A DNA stretch of 63,924 nt, the filler included, from Octopus bimaculoides (taxonomy: Eukaryota): the NCBI RefSeq assembly GCF_001194135.2. It is 6 parts of 6 records of this genome, joined end to end, with 100 filler letters (N's around TTAATTAATTAA, not from the genome) between each part and the next. Parts side by side here need not be neighbours in the genome. Positions count along the whole stretch, not along the records: positions 16,354 to 45,491 come from NC_068981.1; 5 more parts are not named here. One strand, given 5' to 3'. A program made the translations under genes and the position numbers. This document shows positions 22,993-35,891 of this stretch, piece by piece. The notes under the pieces are model-generated. The model saw only the letters and a program-made list of their open reading frames with translations, did no database searches and had not been told where the DNA came from. Every line of letters begins with the position of its first letter. Within the stretch, counting starts at the first letter, position 1.

Positions 22993-24792
22993 CTGTAGCT
23001 ATGGGCTTCATCTGTGCAAACTTGTTTGTTCATTATGTTGAAGCCTAGAACTTCTCACAGTTCATTGGCTCCGCCCCAGAGCTAAGTTGGTCTGTTGATG
23101 ACTATCAGCGCCATCACCCTCACCACTAAACAACTCAATACCTTCATCTCCTTTTCTTTATTTCCAGTGGAAAGGATTTACATGTAAAATGTGTTCACCT
23201 AATACAATAACTTTTATCTTGTTTGCCCTTGTTTTATATCACACACACACACACACACACACACACATGCACATACGTACACATATACACACATCTTTGT
23301 TTAATCAGTTATGTAGTCCTCCAGTAAGTGATAAGTACATTGTTCGTTATCTGTCCCTTGACCTGTTTCTTTTTAATATCTCGATAGTATAATGCTTAGT
23401 AAGATTCTCATATCATGATTTAGAAACTAAGGAAGATATTGCAATGTAGTGAATGACCGAATTAATCAAGGAACAGGGTTTATAACTGCTATCATAATAG
23501 TTTCTTTACACTGTAAAAATCATAGTACAGCGAGGAAAAGGTTAAAAATCAAGGAAAATGAACATGATTCGTTAATACATTGTAATTAGAGGATGTCTGA
23601 TATAAGCACAAGGCCACACATTCTGTAGTTTAGGGGAGGACAGAAGGATTAATATAATCCAGTATTTTATTGGTTGTTACTTGGATTGTGGAAGGATAAA
23701 AAATAAATTCAAACTCAGTGGGATTTGAACACAGAACCTACAGAAATAGAACTAAATACTGCAGCAAGGTATTTGGTTGAATTCTCTAGTAATCTCTGTG
23801 AGATAGGATAGGATATAGATCCTTCCCAAATTATATAGACTCATAGGGTTGGCTGCTGTGCATATATATTTCCTGCTGGACAGGACACCAGTTCGTCACA
23901 GGATTACTTCTTTTTCTCACCTGAGTGAAATGGAGCAATGTGAAATGAAGTGCTTTGCTCAAGAACACAACACATTGCCTGGCCAAGGAATCAAAACCAC
24001 AATCTTACGATCATGACTCCAACATTCCTAATCACTAAATTATGTGTCTTCAATTTCTATGAGAAGAAATATTAATTTCTTACTTTGGCCATATAATTTG
24101 AGGAAGAGTATGTTTCATTTTGATCTGTTGCATTTTCTGTAATCAACTTGATTTTTATGGTGTTTATATGAAAAAAGCGTATACAACACATTAGATCATG
24201 TTGTCCTACGTGTACTATATATATATGAATAATAATAATAATAATGATGATAATAATAATAATAATAATCCTTTCTACTATAGGCACAAGGCCTGGAATT
24301 TGGGAGAGAGGGCATAAGTTGTTTACATCGACCCCCAGTACTTAACTGATACTTATTTTATCGACCCCAAAAAGATGAAAGGCAAAATTGACCTTGGCAG
24401 AATTTGAACTCAGAATGTATAGATGGACAAAATGCCACCAAGCATTTGCCCAACACTGTAATGATTCTACCAGCTTGCCACCTTAATGATAATAATAGTA
24501 ATAGTAATTAAAAAAAGGATGGTCATAACTATAAAGGGTCACATCAACCAGGATTGAAAAAAAAATGCGAAAACAAGGCTAATATAAAAAAAAGCATATG
24601 AAACAGCCAACACATGTAAAGTTATCAAACGGATATTTATATAAAATCAATTTTTACTTTATAATAGAGGTATAGAATTATGAACATATTTTGTTGCATA
24701 ACACAACTGACATTGTGCTACAGCTAGACTAGTTTCAATTACACATACAAAACCTCAGCTTTAAATCTAGAGTGAGCTGAACTCGCACATAC

Positions 24793-24984
24793 AGTTGTTG
24801 TTTGAAATATTTTGTGATTCGATCAAAAGAGACATTAGCACATTTATAATGCTCACTGGCAAGATTTACTTTGGGACAAAGCTTAATGTGTGGTTGTTCA
24901 ACCAGTGAGCCATGGGGTGGAAAATAAGACTCCAAAACTTTCAAATGAACACATATTTGCAGACATTTTTCTTTGCCTCTTTCT
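24793..24984 (-). CDS. Putative exon of an unidentified gene: ERGKEKCLQICVHLKVLESYFPPHGSLVEQPHIKLCPKVNLASEHYKCANVSFDRITKYFKQQ(L)
   Basis: 192 nt open, phase 2-2, gtatgt donor. The acceptor (cattacag) has a weak pyrimidine tract. Overlaps ORF 24735..24944. Confidence 0.5.
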
Positions 24985-25030
24985 CTGTAATGTGTATGGG
25001 TATTTTTTTAATGTATGTGAATGTGTGTAA

Positions 25031-25072
<42 letters not shown>

Positions 25073-25166
25073 TTGTACTAGAGTACATGTACTCTACTAA
25101 AAAGTATGGAGTAATTTAGTCTCATTTTAAATTGTTTCTATATATAACTTGACATGGAGACAAACA

Positions 25167-25272
<106 letters not shown>

Positions 25273-25634
25273 GTCATTAGACTGTCACAATTCTGGGGCA
25301 CCCTGCCTTGAAGGGTTTAGGCAAATGAATCGACCCCAGTACTTATTTTTTAAAGCCTGGTACTTATTTTGTTGGTCTCTGATGCCAAACTGCTAAGTTA
25401 CAAATTAACACTAGTTGTCAAGTGGCAGTGGAGGACAAACAAAGACACACACATGATAAACTTCTTTCAGTTTCCATCTACTAAATCCACTTGCAAGGCT
25501 TTGGTTGGCCCAGGGCTATAGTAGAAGACTCTTAGCCAAGGTGCCATGCAGTGGGATGGAACCTGGAACCATATGACTGGAAATCTTCTTACCAAATGGC
25601 CATGCCTGTGCCTGCATACATACATATATAATCT

Positions 25635-25848
25635 TTTCTGCTCTAGGCACAAAGCCCGAAATTGTTAGGGTGAGGGCCAGTCGATTAGATTGGCCCTGGT
25701 ATGCAACTGGTACTAATTTATCAACCCTGAAAGGATGAAAGGCAAAGTCAACCTCGGCAGAATTTGAACTTAGAACATTAAGACAGACGAAATACCGCTA
25801 AGCATTTCACCTGGTGTGCTACCGTTTCTGCCAGCTCACCACCTTATA
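25635..25848 (-). mobile_element. tRNA-derived SINE, family B (Nin-like core)
   Basis: ggtgagctggcagaa...ttctaagttcaaattc...cctttcagggttgataaattagtaccag. Copies at about 8-190, 7030-7220, 10500-10715, 14455-14602, 18325-18527, 24270-24485, 36465-36630, 47745-47880, 48045-48480 and 62817-62905. Confidence 0.88.
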
Positions 25849-25996
25849 CATAGATATATAATGCACTTCCTGTGCTGGTATGAATTAAACATGTTGTCAC
25901 CCTTCAAGTCATATCTGCTTCCCCAATGACAGTAGGGTCCTGTTTTTTTTTTACCCCCACTACTAACTTTTGTAGGTTAGAATTTTCTCTCTAAAT

Positions 25997-26522
25997 CAGT
26001 GCTTTTCAACCCTTTTTTTTTTTTTTTATTACGGACCCCTTTGGTTCCTATTTTATTCATATGGACCTTCTTAGCCATTTGATGTTTAAACAATCCTGTT
26101 ATGTTTCATTCTTTTACTTGTTTCAGTCAAGCTCAGGACTTATTTTTTAAGCCTAGTACTTATTTTATCGATCTATTTTGACAAACCACTAAGTTATGGA
26201 ACTGTAAATGCACCAACACCAGTTGTCAAGCATTGAGGTGGGGACAAACAAAGACACAGAAACGCATGCACATACATACATATGCATATAATAAATATAT
26301 ATATATATATATATATGCACACACACACACACACACAAATTTCTTTCAGTTTCCATATACCAAATCCACTCACAAGGCTTTGGTCAGCCCAAGACTATAG
26401 TAGAAGACACTTGCCTGGGGTGTCACGCAGTGGGACTGAACCCGGAACCATGTGGTTGGGAAGCAAACTTCTTACCATAGAGCTCCACCTGCACTTATAT
26501 GGACCCTGGTTGAGTACCACTG
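25997..26522. mobile_element. hAT MITE with a nested SINE (about 26107-26495)
   Basis: TIRs cagtgcttttcaacc / ggttgagtaccactg, TSD ctctaaat / ttctaaat. Confidence 0.8.
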
Positions 26523-27662
26523 TTCTAAATCTTTGATTCAGCTATGAGAACTAGTCATTAGCATAGAAGAATTTTCAGGGAAATCGCTAAATCATTAGAG
26601 AAAATACCTTGTGGTATTTTATGTTTTAGGTCCTTTTCATATTAAGGTCAATGTAACCTTTTTGCCCTCTGACAGTGATCAAGAACTACCTGTATTAATA
26701 TATATTGATTTTATTTTACCTTAGAAGGTGGTATCCTAGCAAAGCCAGTAAAAAAGATAAAGAAAGACACAAGTTTTTGTATTGATGTATGTTGTTTAGC
26801 CCTTGGTCAACTGTAACTATCCTGTCACTTTGTATATTGAGTATTACATTATCTTTTACTTGTTTCTGTCATTAGCGGCCATGCTGGGGCACCGCCATGA
26901 AGACTTTTAGTTGGTCGAATCAATACTGCTACTTATTTTTTTAAAGCCTGGTTCTGATCCTATCGATTTGTTTTGCCAGACTGCTAAGTTATCAGGATGT
27001 AAACACACCAACACTAGTTTTCAAGTGGTGATGGTGGACACACACACATACATATGAGTGGCTTCTTTCAGTTTACATCAACCATATCTACTCACAAGGC
27101 TTTTCCAACCAGGGTAGCCCTGTATCTCCCCTACAGTAAACTACTGGTTTCTGTCCCACTATCATATTTTAACCTCTCATTAGCTGACAAAAAAAACCCT
27201 GCCTCCCTCAATATTGCCCCATATCATCTGAAGTGTATTATCTTGTGTGATTCTGGTGCTGGTGGCATGTAAAAAAAAGCACCCAGTACATTCTGTAAAG
27301 AGGTTGGCATTAAGGAATGGCAACCCAGCTATAGAAACCATTCCAAAACAGACATGCTGGTTTGCCAGCCCCTGCTGAACCATTCAATTCATGTCAGCAT
27401 GGAAAATGGATGTTAAATGATGATTTCATTTATTTGAAGTTGAGTCTTCTCTAGTTTTGTATTTCTAATATTTTCATCTGTAGAAAGTGAAAACATGAAA
27501 TGGTGGTTGGTTTTCCCAATGTGAGGAAACTCTAGATTCAAATGAATGTTTGACAATTCACACACACACACGCGAGCGCATACACACACACACGCGCATG
27601 CACACACACACACACACACACTCTCTCTCTCTCCCCCTCCCTCTTTCCCTCTCTCTCTCTCT

Positions 27663-27699
<37 letters not shown>

Positions 27700-28044
27700 C
27701 TGTTTTACTTAGCTAGCTAGCAGGTGCTTGAAGCCTTTTGAAAATGAAAATATCCATGAAATGTAATAGGTATTTTATATTTAGTTGTTATTCCAGATAC
27801 TGGCCCTTTTTTCCCCAAATTAGATTTTCTTGAGCTTTAGTCTTATCATCATCATCATTTAATGCCTGCTTTCCATGCTGGCATGGGTTGGGCAGTTTGA
27901 CAGGAGACGACCAGGCAGAAGACTGCATCAGACTTCTGTGTCTGTTTTGGTATGGTTTTTACACCAGCCACCTTGCAGAGTTGACTGAATGCTTTTTACA
28001 TGGCACCAGCACAGGCAAGGTCAGTTTTTACAGCTGGATGCCCT

Positions 28045-29920
28045 TCATCATCATCATCATACATCCGTTGTGCATGCTGGCATGGGTTGGATGGTTTGAC
28101 CAGGGCTGGTAAGCTGGAAGGCTGCACCAGACTTCAGTCTGATTTGGTATGGTTTTCTATGGCTGGATGCCCTTCTTAATGCCAATCACTCTGTGAGTGT
28201 AATGGGTGCTTTTACATGCCACTGGCACAGGTACCATTTGTGTGATACTGGTATCTGCCACAACTGCAATTTTGCTCAGCTTGATGGGTCTTCTTCTCAA
28301 GCACAACATAATGCCAAAGGTCTTGATCATTACCTCCATGAGGTCCAACACTCAAAAGGAACTCAGCCACTTTGCCTCCGTGAGACACAACACTCGAAAG
28401 GAACTCAACGACTTTGCCTCCTTGAGGCCCAATGCTCAAACAGTGCTCTTTACATGCCACCAGCATGGGTACCAGTTATGTGACACCAACATCAGCAATG
28501 ACGACAATTTCACTTGGCTTGACAGGTCTTCTCAAGCACAGCATATTGCCAAAGTTCTCAGTCACTAGTCATTGCCTCTGTGAGGCTCAAAGTTCAAAGG
28601 TCATGCTTCACTACTTCGTCCCATGTCTTCCTAGGTCTACTTCTACCACAGGTTCATTCCACACTTAGAAATCTGCACTTCTTTACACAGCTGTCCTCGT
28701 CTATACACATCACATGACCATATCAGCACAGTCATCTCTCTTGCACAGCACACCTGATGCCTCTTTTGCCTAACTTTTCTCTCAAGATGCTTACACTCTG
28801 TCGAACATGCACACTGACATTGCACATCCAGCGAAGCATACTGGCTTCATTTCTTTCAAGCTTATGCATGCCCTCGGCTGTCATACCCCATGTTTCACTG
28901 CCATGTAGCATGGCTGTTCACACACAAGCATCATACAATCTGCCTTTCTCTCTGTGAGAGAAACCCTTTGTTCCCAACAGAGATAGAAGCTCTCTGATCT
29001 TTGCCCAACTTAATCTTATTCTAACAACTACAATCTCAGAGCACCCACCTCCACTACTAATTTGGTCACCTAGATAACAGAAGCTATCTACTACCTCTAG
29101 CTTGCCCCCCTGGCAGTTAACGGAGTCTATTTTCTGCACATTTTCAACGTTTATTGTACCTGTGCATCTTCCACATACAAAAGCTATTTTCCCTGTTAAC
29201 CTTTTGTCCATAGCTTACACTGGCTGCATCTTATGGAGTTTCTACCTACACCTTTTCTACAGATCAAACAGGGCCATCTACCTGAAGGGATTCGTTATTT
29301 GTCCGCCTTCCTATTTACTAAGACTTTGGTTTTTGCTAGGTTAACTCTAAAGCCCTTCAATTCTAGACCTTGCTTCTGTACCTAGAACTTCTTCTCTAGT
29401 TTTTGTAGTGATTCAGTTATAAGAGCAAGATCATCAGCATAGAGGAGCTCCCAGGGGCAGCCTGTCTTAAATTCCTCTGTTATTGCCTGGAAGAGTATGA
29501 TGAACAAGAGGCGGCTGAGCACCGACCTTTGGTGAACCTCTACTTGTACCCTGAATTCTTCACTGTACTCACTGCCAACCCCCACCTTACTGGTAGCATC
29601 CCTGTACATAGCTTGTACAGCTCTTACCAACGACTCGTCTATCCCTAGTTTCTGCATTGACCACCAGATAGGGGATTGGAGGATCCTGTCAAAGGCTTCC
29701 TCTATGTCAACAAAGGCCAAGTACAGAAGTTTATCTTTGGCTATGTATTTCTCCTGTAGCTGTCTTACCAGAAATATAGCATCAGTGGTGCTTCTCCCTG
29801 GCACAAAACCAAACTGCATCTCATCTAGGCTAACTTTCTCTCTAATTAGTTGGGCTATGACTGTCTCCGTAACTTTCATTCAAACATCAATCACTTTACA
29901 GTGTGGACTGGATGCTTTTT
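28045..29920 (-). mobile_element. 5'-truncated, decayed RTE-clade LINE (RT domain through 3' UTR)
   Basis: FGFVPGRSTTDAIF, YLAFVD.E.AFDR and LLYADDL (29382..29879); VDSFCYLGDQIS (28918..29211); (GAT)n tail. A second tail lies at 27845-28045. Confidence 0.92.
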
Positions 29921-30220
29921 TCTGTTGCACCAGCACTAGGAGGGTCTTCAAGTAACTTGCAAGACAAAAATCCTCTAAGAGGGGAGGGGTCATTAGAGGA
30001 GGTGATTTTGTGCGGAACCTTAAAAATTAATGTCCCTGATAAAATTTAAGCTATCATTTGAAAACCCAGCACCATCATTTTCCTCCTCCTCCACCTTTTG
30101 AAGTTCATTGCAGGAAAATATCTTAGTATAAATGTGCAAAACAAATCATGGTTGGTAATCTAATATGCTGAATTTCTGCAGACCACAGATTAAAGATTCA
30201 ATGTGTACAGTTTTACATAC

Positions 30221-30342
30221 ACAGACTGCATTGAATCATAGTCATCTACTTTCTCTGGATTAACGTCTACTCTATTTTTAGCCCGGATTTCCTGTTGCTT
30301 TTTGCACCCAAAAATTGCCTGGAATAATGGTTGTACACAGCT
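30221..30342 (-). CDS. Putative exon of an unidentified gene: SCVQPLFQAIFGCKKQQEIRAKNRVDVNPEKVDDYDSMQS(V)
   Basis: caatttgtag / gtatgt, 122 nt, phase 0-2, coding-like composition. Confidence 0.55.
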
Positions 30343-32191
30343 CTACAAATTGTAATTAGAGTAAGCTTGTAGACTAATGAATGATAACCGAGCTGCTGTT
30401 CATAGCTTTTGTTTTTAACTAATTTCAATATCATTTCACCAAATTGCTTAATATCTTAGAAAATGTAGTAGTAGTAATAGTGGTGGTGGTGGCGGCTGGT
30501 TGTTTATTCTTAGCTCAGCTTTGATCAAGAAGACCTATGCAGAAAAGTATTTCAGATTTGATGATCCTGTCTTCTGTCTTTTTTTTTTTTTTTGTCTTTC
30601 AACCATAGTGTATCTAATATTTCATTATCCAAAGTATAAGCCAGAGAGTAGGGTTTGTGATTTAAGTAAATATGTCTTAGATTTCAAGTAATTTGGACAC
30701 CCAAATAGTGCAGTTATGGTAGTGGGTAGTAAAAATACTTGCTGGTTTCAATTCAATATCTCAAAAAAAATCTGATATATTTTACAAAATCTGTTCTGTT
30801 TGTAGACTGCAATGTTAGATTTTTACTTATTAGCTCTCTGTTATCATTTCAGTTCCTCTAACCTTTGTAACATGACACTATTTCAATTAAGCTCTCACAG
30901 CTATCATTCTTTCTTCATTCCTTCCTAAGTTCACCCGTTACTGAGCAATCATCGACTTAGGTATTTTAAAAATATTTTTCATGTCTGTTTTATTGTTTTG
31001 TCAAGGATTATGTAATTTTGTAAATTCAATGGAAATAGGTGATTTTTATGATCACTCAGCCATGAAATAGAAGTAGTTTGTCTTTTTCAGCTGGGGTGGT
31101 AGTTGAAGCAGATAGGAGTAACATACATAATCTGTTTAAATAGCACAATTGCAGTAACGATGACTGGCTTTGAATTGGTAACATAGGAATGAGTAATTCG
31201 GAAATATAATCACTCAGCTACTGTTTCATCTGTCCACCATGATTTTACTATAAACCACTAAGTAAATCTGAGGCATGTTTAGCCGTTTGAAAACTATTTC
31301 CCACTTTTTTAATCGTAAAAATTTTATCAAAAACTCTGAATTATAAAAAGCTAAATAAATTAAGTTATGCATTTATAGCTGTGCATATTGTGATTCTGTG
31401 TGTGTTTACATGGATATAAATACAAACATGCAGTTATTATGTTAAATCATTAGATGTTGCGAAGAGCACACAATCCATAAAAGCTTTGTTATACTTATAT
31501 TCTCTGTTACCCTTAATAGAACAAACAACGCTACTATGTAAAAGATGTATTTGTGATTGAAGCAGAGATAGAATATTACATGTTGATGTTATTTCTATAT
31601 GGCAATAAATATTCCTCTTTATTTATCATATCAAATTATATTGTGTATCAGCATTTAGTGATACACAGCATAGATTACAGCTTGTGCTGTGTTGGAGAAT
31701 TGTTTTAGAGCACTTTACCCTGACAAAGAACAGTTTTCTCAAAACAGTCTGCTACTTAGAATAAACTGAGGTCTAAACTATCTGATACAGTTCCTTTTTA
31801 TTTTGTTTTATTTATTATTTTTTTTCTGTATGCGTGTGTTAGAGGAAGAAGGACAGTACACATGACCTTCTTATAGTATCTCCATGCTTAATAGTAAAAA
31901 AGGGAGGAACTCATGAAGTATCTTCACACCAGAATTCTGGTCTGAATGCTTGCAGAAGAGTGGACTCTGATGAAATCACCCAAGGACCAAAAGGTGGTGT
32001 TCAACTGGTCACTGGATTTGGTTGACCACCCAAGAAGAAATGCTTGGAAAAACATGGTCAGGCCAATATAAACTTGCTCAGAAATAGAAACAACATTTGG
32101 CTATAGAAAACCCGTCTCAACAAATTCCATCTGACCCATATATATATATATTAAATTTGGAGGTGATGTACAGGTATTATATATCAGAAAA

Positions 32192-32285
32192 AATAAGGTA
32201 CTCAGAGATCTGGATGGTTGTACATTTACAGATTTTTATTAATAAAAATCTGTAAATGTACAACTATCTAGATCTCTGAGTACCT

Positions 32286-32289
<4 letters not shown>
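32192..32289. repeat. Loopless palindrome with 49-bp arms
   Basis: aataaggtactcagagatctggatggttgtacatttacagatttttatt | aataaaaatctgtaaatgtacaactatctagatctctgagtaccttatt, 2 mismatches. Confidence 0.95.
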
Positions 32290-32320
<31 letters not shown>

Positions 32321-32322
<2 letters not shown>

Positions 32323-33002
32323 GGCATAATTCGGCTTAAGTCATTTTGATTTAGTTGTTCTCCATTATGCGTCAGTTTTCAAAAATAATATATGGGAAAA
32401 TAAAGACCAAATTAAGTCATTTTACTCGGCTTCAAATCTGTCCGCCACAAATATTGGAACTGTAAAAAATCACTAGAAAACCATTAAACGCACATAAAAT
32501 CATGTTACTGTACAATAAATAAGAATAAAAGCCTATAAAATCATGTTAAAATACGTACAGTAAATGTTAAGATACACACCGTAAAGTAGTGTAGCTTAGT
32601 GAACGAAATCATGAAATCAGCTGTGTTGTCTTATTTATCACTCTTTCGGAGCTCGTATTGTACTGTAGTTTCAGTATCTACCATTAGGCATCGTTCTAAC
32701 TCCAGATTCCTGCAATTGTTTTGAATTCAGATATGTTTACATCTGTTTATCGGCTACTTTCATAAATAAAGCATCCGTGATGTACGGTAAACACCGCTAA
32801 ATTGTATTCGTAAATTTAGATTGCTTTTTTTTTTTTACTGTACTGTATTAAAAAATAAAACTTATTTGTTTGTAAGATTAAAATAGGTTTTTATTAACCA
32901 TGTATTATTGAAAATACATTCATAAATAAAGTACAGAACTGGGAATGGTTATTATCGGCTTAGCCTAGAGACAAGTTAATTTGACTTAAGTCGTGTCTCC
33001 TA
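32321..33002. mobile_element. Possible non-autonomous DNA transposon with TAGG...CCTA ends
   Basis: taggcataattcggcttaagtca versus the reverse complement taggagacacgacttaagtca. The match is weak. Confidence 0.3.
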
Positions 33003-33033
33003 GAAACAATCAATGACATAGGGTGAGGTATGC

Positions 33034-33066
<33 letters not shown>

Positions 33067-33650
33067 ACCTATTGTGACCGATGCCAGTACCCCCTGACTG
33101 GCTCCTGTGCTAGTAGCACGTAAAAAGCACCATCTGAATGTGATTGTTGTCAGGCCTGCCTGACTGTTTCCTGTGCTGGTGGCCTGTAAAAAGCACCCAC
33201 TACACTCTCAGAGTGGTTAGCGTTAAGAAGGGCATCCAGCTGTAGAAACTCTGCCAGACTAGATTGGAGCCTGGTGCAGCTGCTAGCTCTCCAGACTTCA
33301 GTCAAACCATCCAACCCATGCCAGCATGGAAAACAGACGTTAATCGATGATGATGATGATATATATGTGTGTGTGTGTTTATCTTTCCCTTCTTCAATAA
33401 TTTCATCTTGAAGTGACCAATATTCTTTTAATTGTCCACTCTGTTACTTTGATAACCTCTTCTTTTCTATACTCTTGTAAGAAGTAAATTTTAGAGTATT
33501 CAGTATATATAGTAAGTACACACAAACACATACATATCCACACACATACCTACAAACAAACAAACATCAGCAATGTGAGTGAATGAATTTTAGGAATTTA
33601 GAATTTAAAACAAAACCAAGATAAAAATGTAAAGATTCTCTGATACATAC

Positions 33651-33709
33651 CCATTCTGGTTCCTCTTCTGTCATCACTCTATCTTGTCACCCTGAGCAAA
33701 TGAGCGCAT
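33651..33709 (-). CDS. Putative 59-nt exon with an apparent 1-nt frameshift: MRSFAQGDKIE / VMTEEEPEW
   Basis: cactatcttaag / gtatgt. Both neighbours need phase 0, but the exon is 59 nt and reads GAG TGA TGA. One extra base would give a continuous ORF. Confidence 0.45.
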
Positions 33710-33882
33710 CTTAAGATAGTGAGGATGCTTAATCTTATAAGGCACAAGACTACCCAACTAGTGTGTAACTAATGAATTTTTAATTAACTTTACAGTGTTA
33801 ATAATTCATCTTGTAGATATATCTAAGAGAAGCATGAACTACATGTAGATGAAGATTTCAGTGGTAATCCAGTAGAACTTAC

Positions 33883-33970
33883 TGTGTTATAAGGTAGACT
33901 ATCAAGGGAACTTCCAAATCGGACATAGGCAGCCTTCTTTGAGAAATGGGTCATCATCAAACAGGCCTCA
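33883..33970 (-). CDS. Putative exon of an unidentified gene: (S)EACLMMTHFSKKAAYVRFGSSLDSLPYNT
   Basis: Strong ttttttcgtag acceptor and gtaagt donor, 88 nt. Only the phase 2-0 reading is open. Confidence 0.65.
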
Positions 33971-35570
33971 CTACGAAAAAATTTCAAGGTAGATTTTTAT
34001 TCGGAAAGTCTTCCCTTAACCCTCTCACATTCAAATTTCTCTGTAAAAATGTAGTACTTATTTATTCATGTTGTTTTGAATTAATCATGTACTATCTTCG
34101 TAGCTTCAAGATTTCAATGGTATAATCGTTCTACTCTTAAAATGGCATTGTAGGGTAGGTGTGAGAGGTCGGATCTGGTCAGTTTGAATATAAAACAGGT
34201 TGAATATTTGGGCCAGATATGGCCAGTTTGAATGTTAAATGATTTAATCACACATTATTATCTTTAAAAAAAGAGTGATCACATTAGGCAGTGTAGTCCT
34301 AGATATAAAAATACACACAAAAGATAAAAAAAAAGGAACAGGGTGGTTACTATTGGAACACCTTTGATCTTAGTTTGCTGAATCAAGACTGATCTTTGAA
34401 GGTGAACAATACAGTTCTTGGCAAGTCAGTCTACCTTCAATTGTATAGTTTCAAACCATTATCTACTCCAACTGATAAAGATATTCTGCAGCATTAAATA
34501 GACAAATAAAATATTTTATAGATAACTTTACCAGAAGAAAAACAAGACTGAAATGTTTTTTAGAGAGACTCCATACTGATATTCACCATCAACCATACCT
34601 TCACAATCATTTATCACTCACTACATTTACTTCTAGCCCCACCTCTAACCATCTGTCCTTCCCCTGCCAGACTTTTCTGAAATTACTCATCTGTTCATTC
34701 TCCCTTGATTTGTCTGTATTCTCCCTTATACTCACCTCCTTATACTCACCTGAGAGGATGCTCTGGCACCCTGTCACCACCATCTCTATCTTCCTTACAG
34801 CTACTCTCACTCACACTCACATAATACAGAGTAGCCATGTATCTCCTCTATAGCAAGATTCCTGTGCTTTTCTCTATATCATACTTTAACCATCAACACC
34901 TGGCACTTCTCCCCTCTCTCAGATAATCATTTGAGAGGGTTTCTTTTTCTTTTCTTTGTGTTTCAAATTACTTGGCAACCTCATTAGTGGCAGTGTCACA
35001 TAAAAAAAAGCACTCAGTGCACACTGTAAAGTGGTCAGTACTAGAAAGGGTGTCCAACCATAGAAACTATACTAAAGTTAACATCGGGGCCCATTGCAAC
35101 TCTATGGCTCATCAGATCTTGTCAACTTGTCTTCAGCCCATACCAGCATGGAATATAGATTTTAAATGATGATGAATGAAATATTTGTCATGAAATATGA
35201 ACAGACAAGTTAGTAAGCAGCATTTCTGTATTGTCTCAACAGCGATTTTATCTCTACATGAAGTGCAAATAAAGCTAATTGGTCATGGCATCATTTGAAT
35301 AATTCAGAAATATTATCTAATGCGCTACACAACAATTAAAGGATGAAGTTAGTGCCAATAAGCTGTACCATTAAGCTAGGATTGGATTAGTTCAGCAGTT
35401 TGCCTAGGGACACACTGCAGCAAAACTCATATAATATGAATTTTCTGCTCTTTTGTTGAATGGTGCTCAACTGTTATGATGTATGTTTGTTTTTGCTTTT
35501 GAAATAATGTCAGCTGCAGCAAATGATGTTCCTTGTTAAAAGAAGAAACTATATTTTTGCTAATCTAGAT

Positions 35571-35891
35571 CAGTGGTTCTTAACTAGGGTCCATATAACA
35601 TTTTGGAGGGTCCACCTAAGCAAAATTGTAAATTAGGAACCCACAGTAGTATATTAAGGGTTCATGGAACAAGTTTTCATTTGAATGTGTTTATTGGAAG
35701 AAGCAGCTAGGTTTCTCTCTCTAATGTTTTACTTATTCCAACCTACACAAGTTGATGTGTGAATAACAAAATAAGACTTTTGAAAGAAGTACCTATAACA
35801 CTAGTTTTTAAACTTCGAATGGCTTATGGATGTGTCCACCAAATATAATAATAATCAAAGGTGTCAATAGAAAAATTGTTGAGGACCACTG
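35571..35891. mobile_element. hAT MITE (same family as 21100)
   Basis: TIRs cagtggttcttaac / gtttgaggaccactg, TSD atctagat / gtcttgat. Confidence 0.8.
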
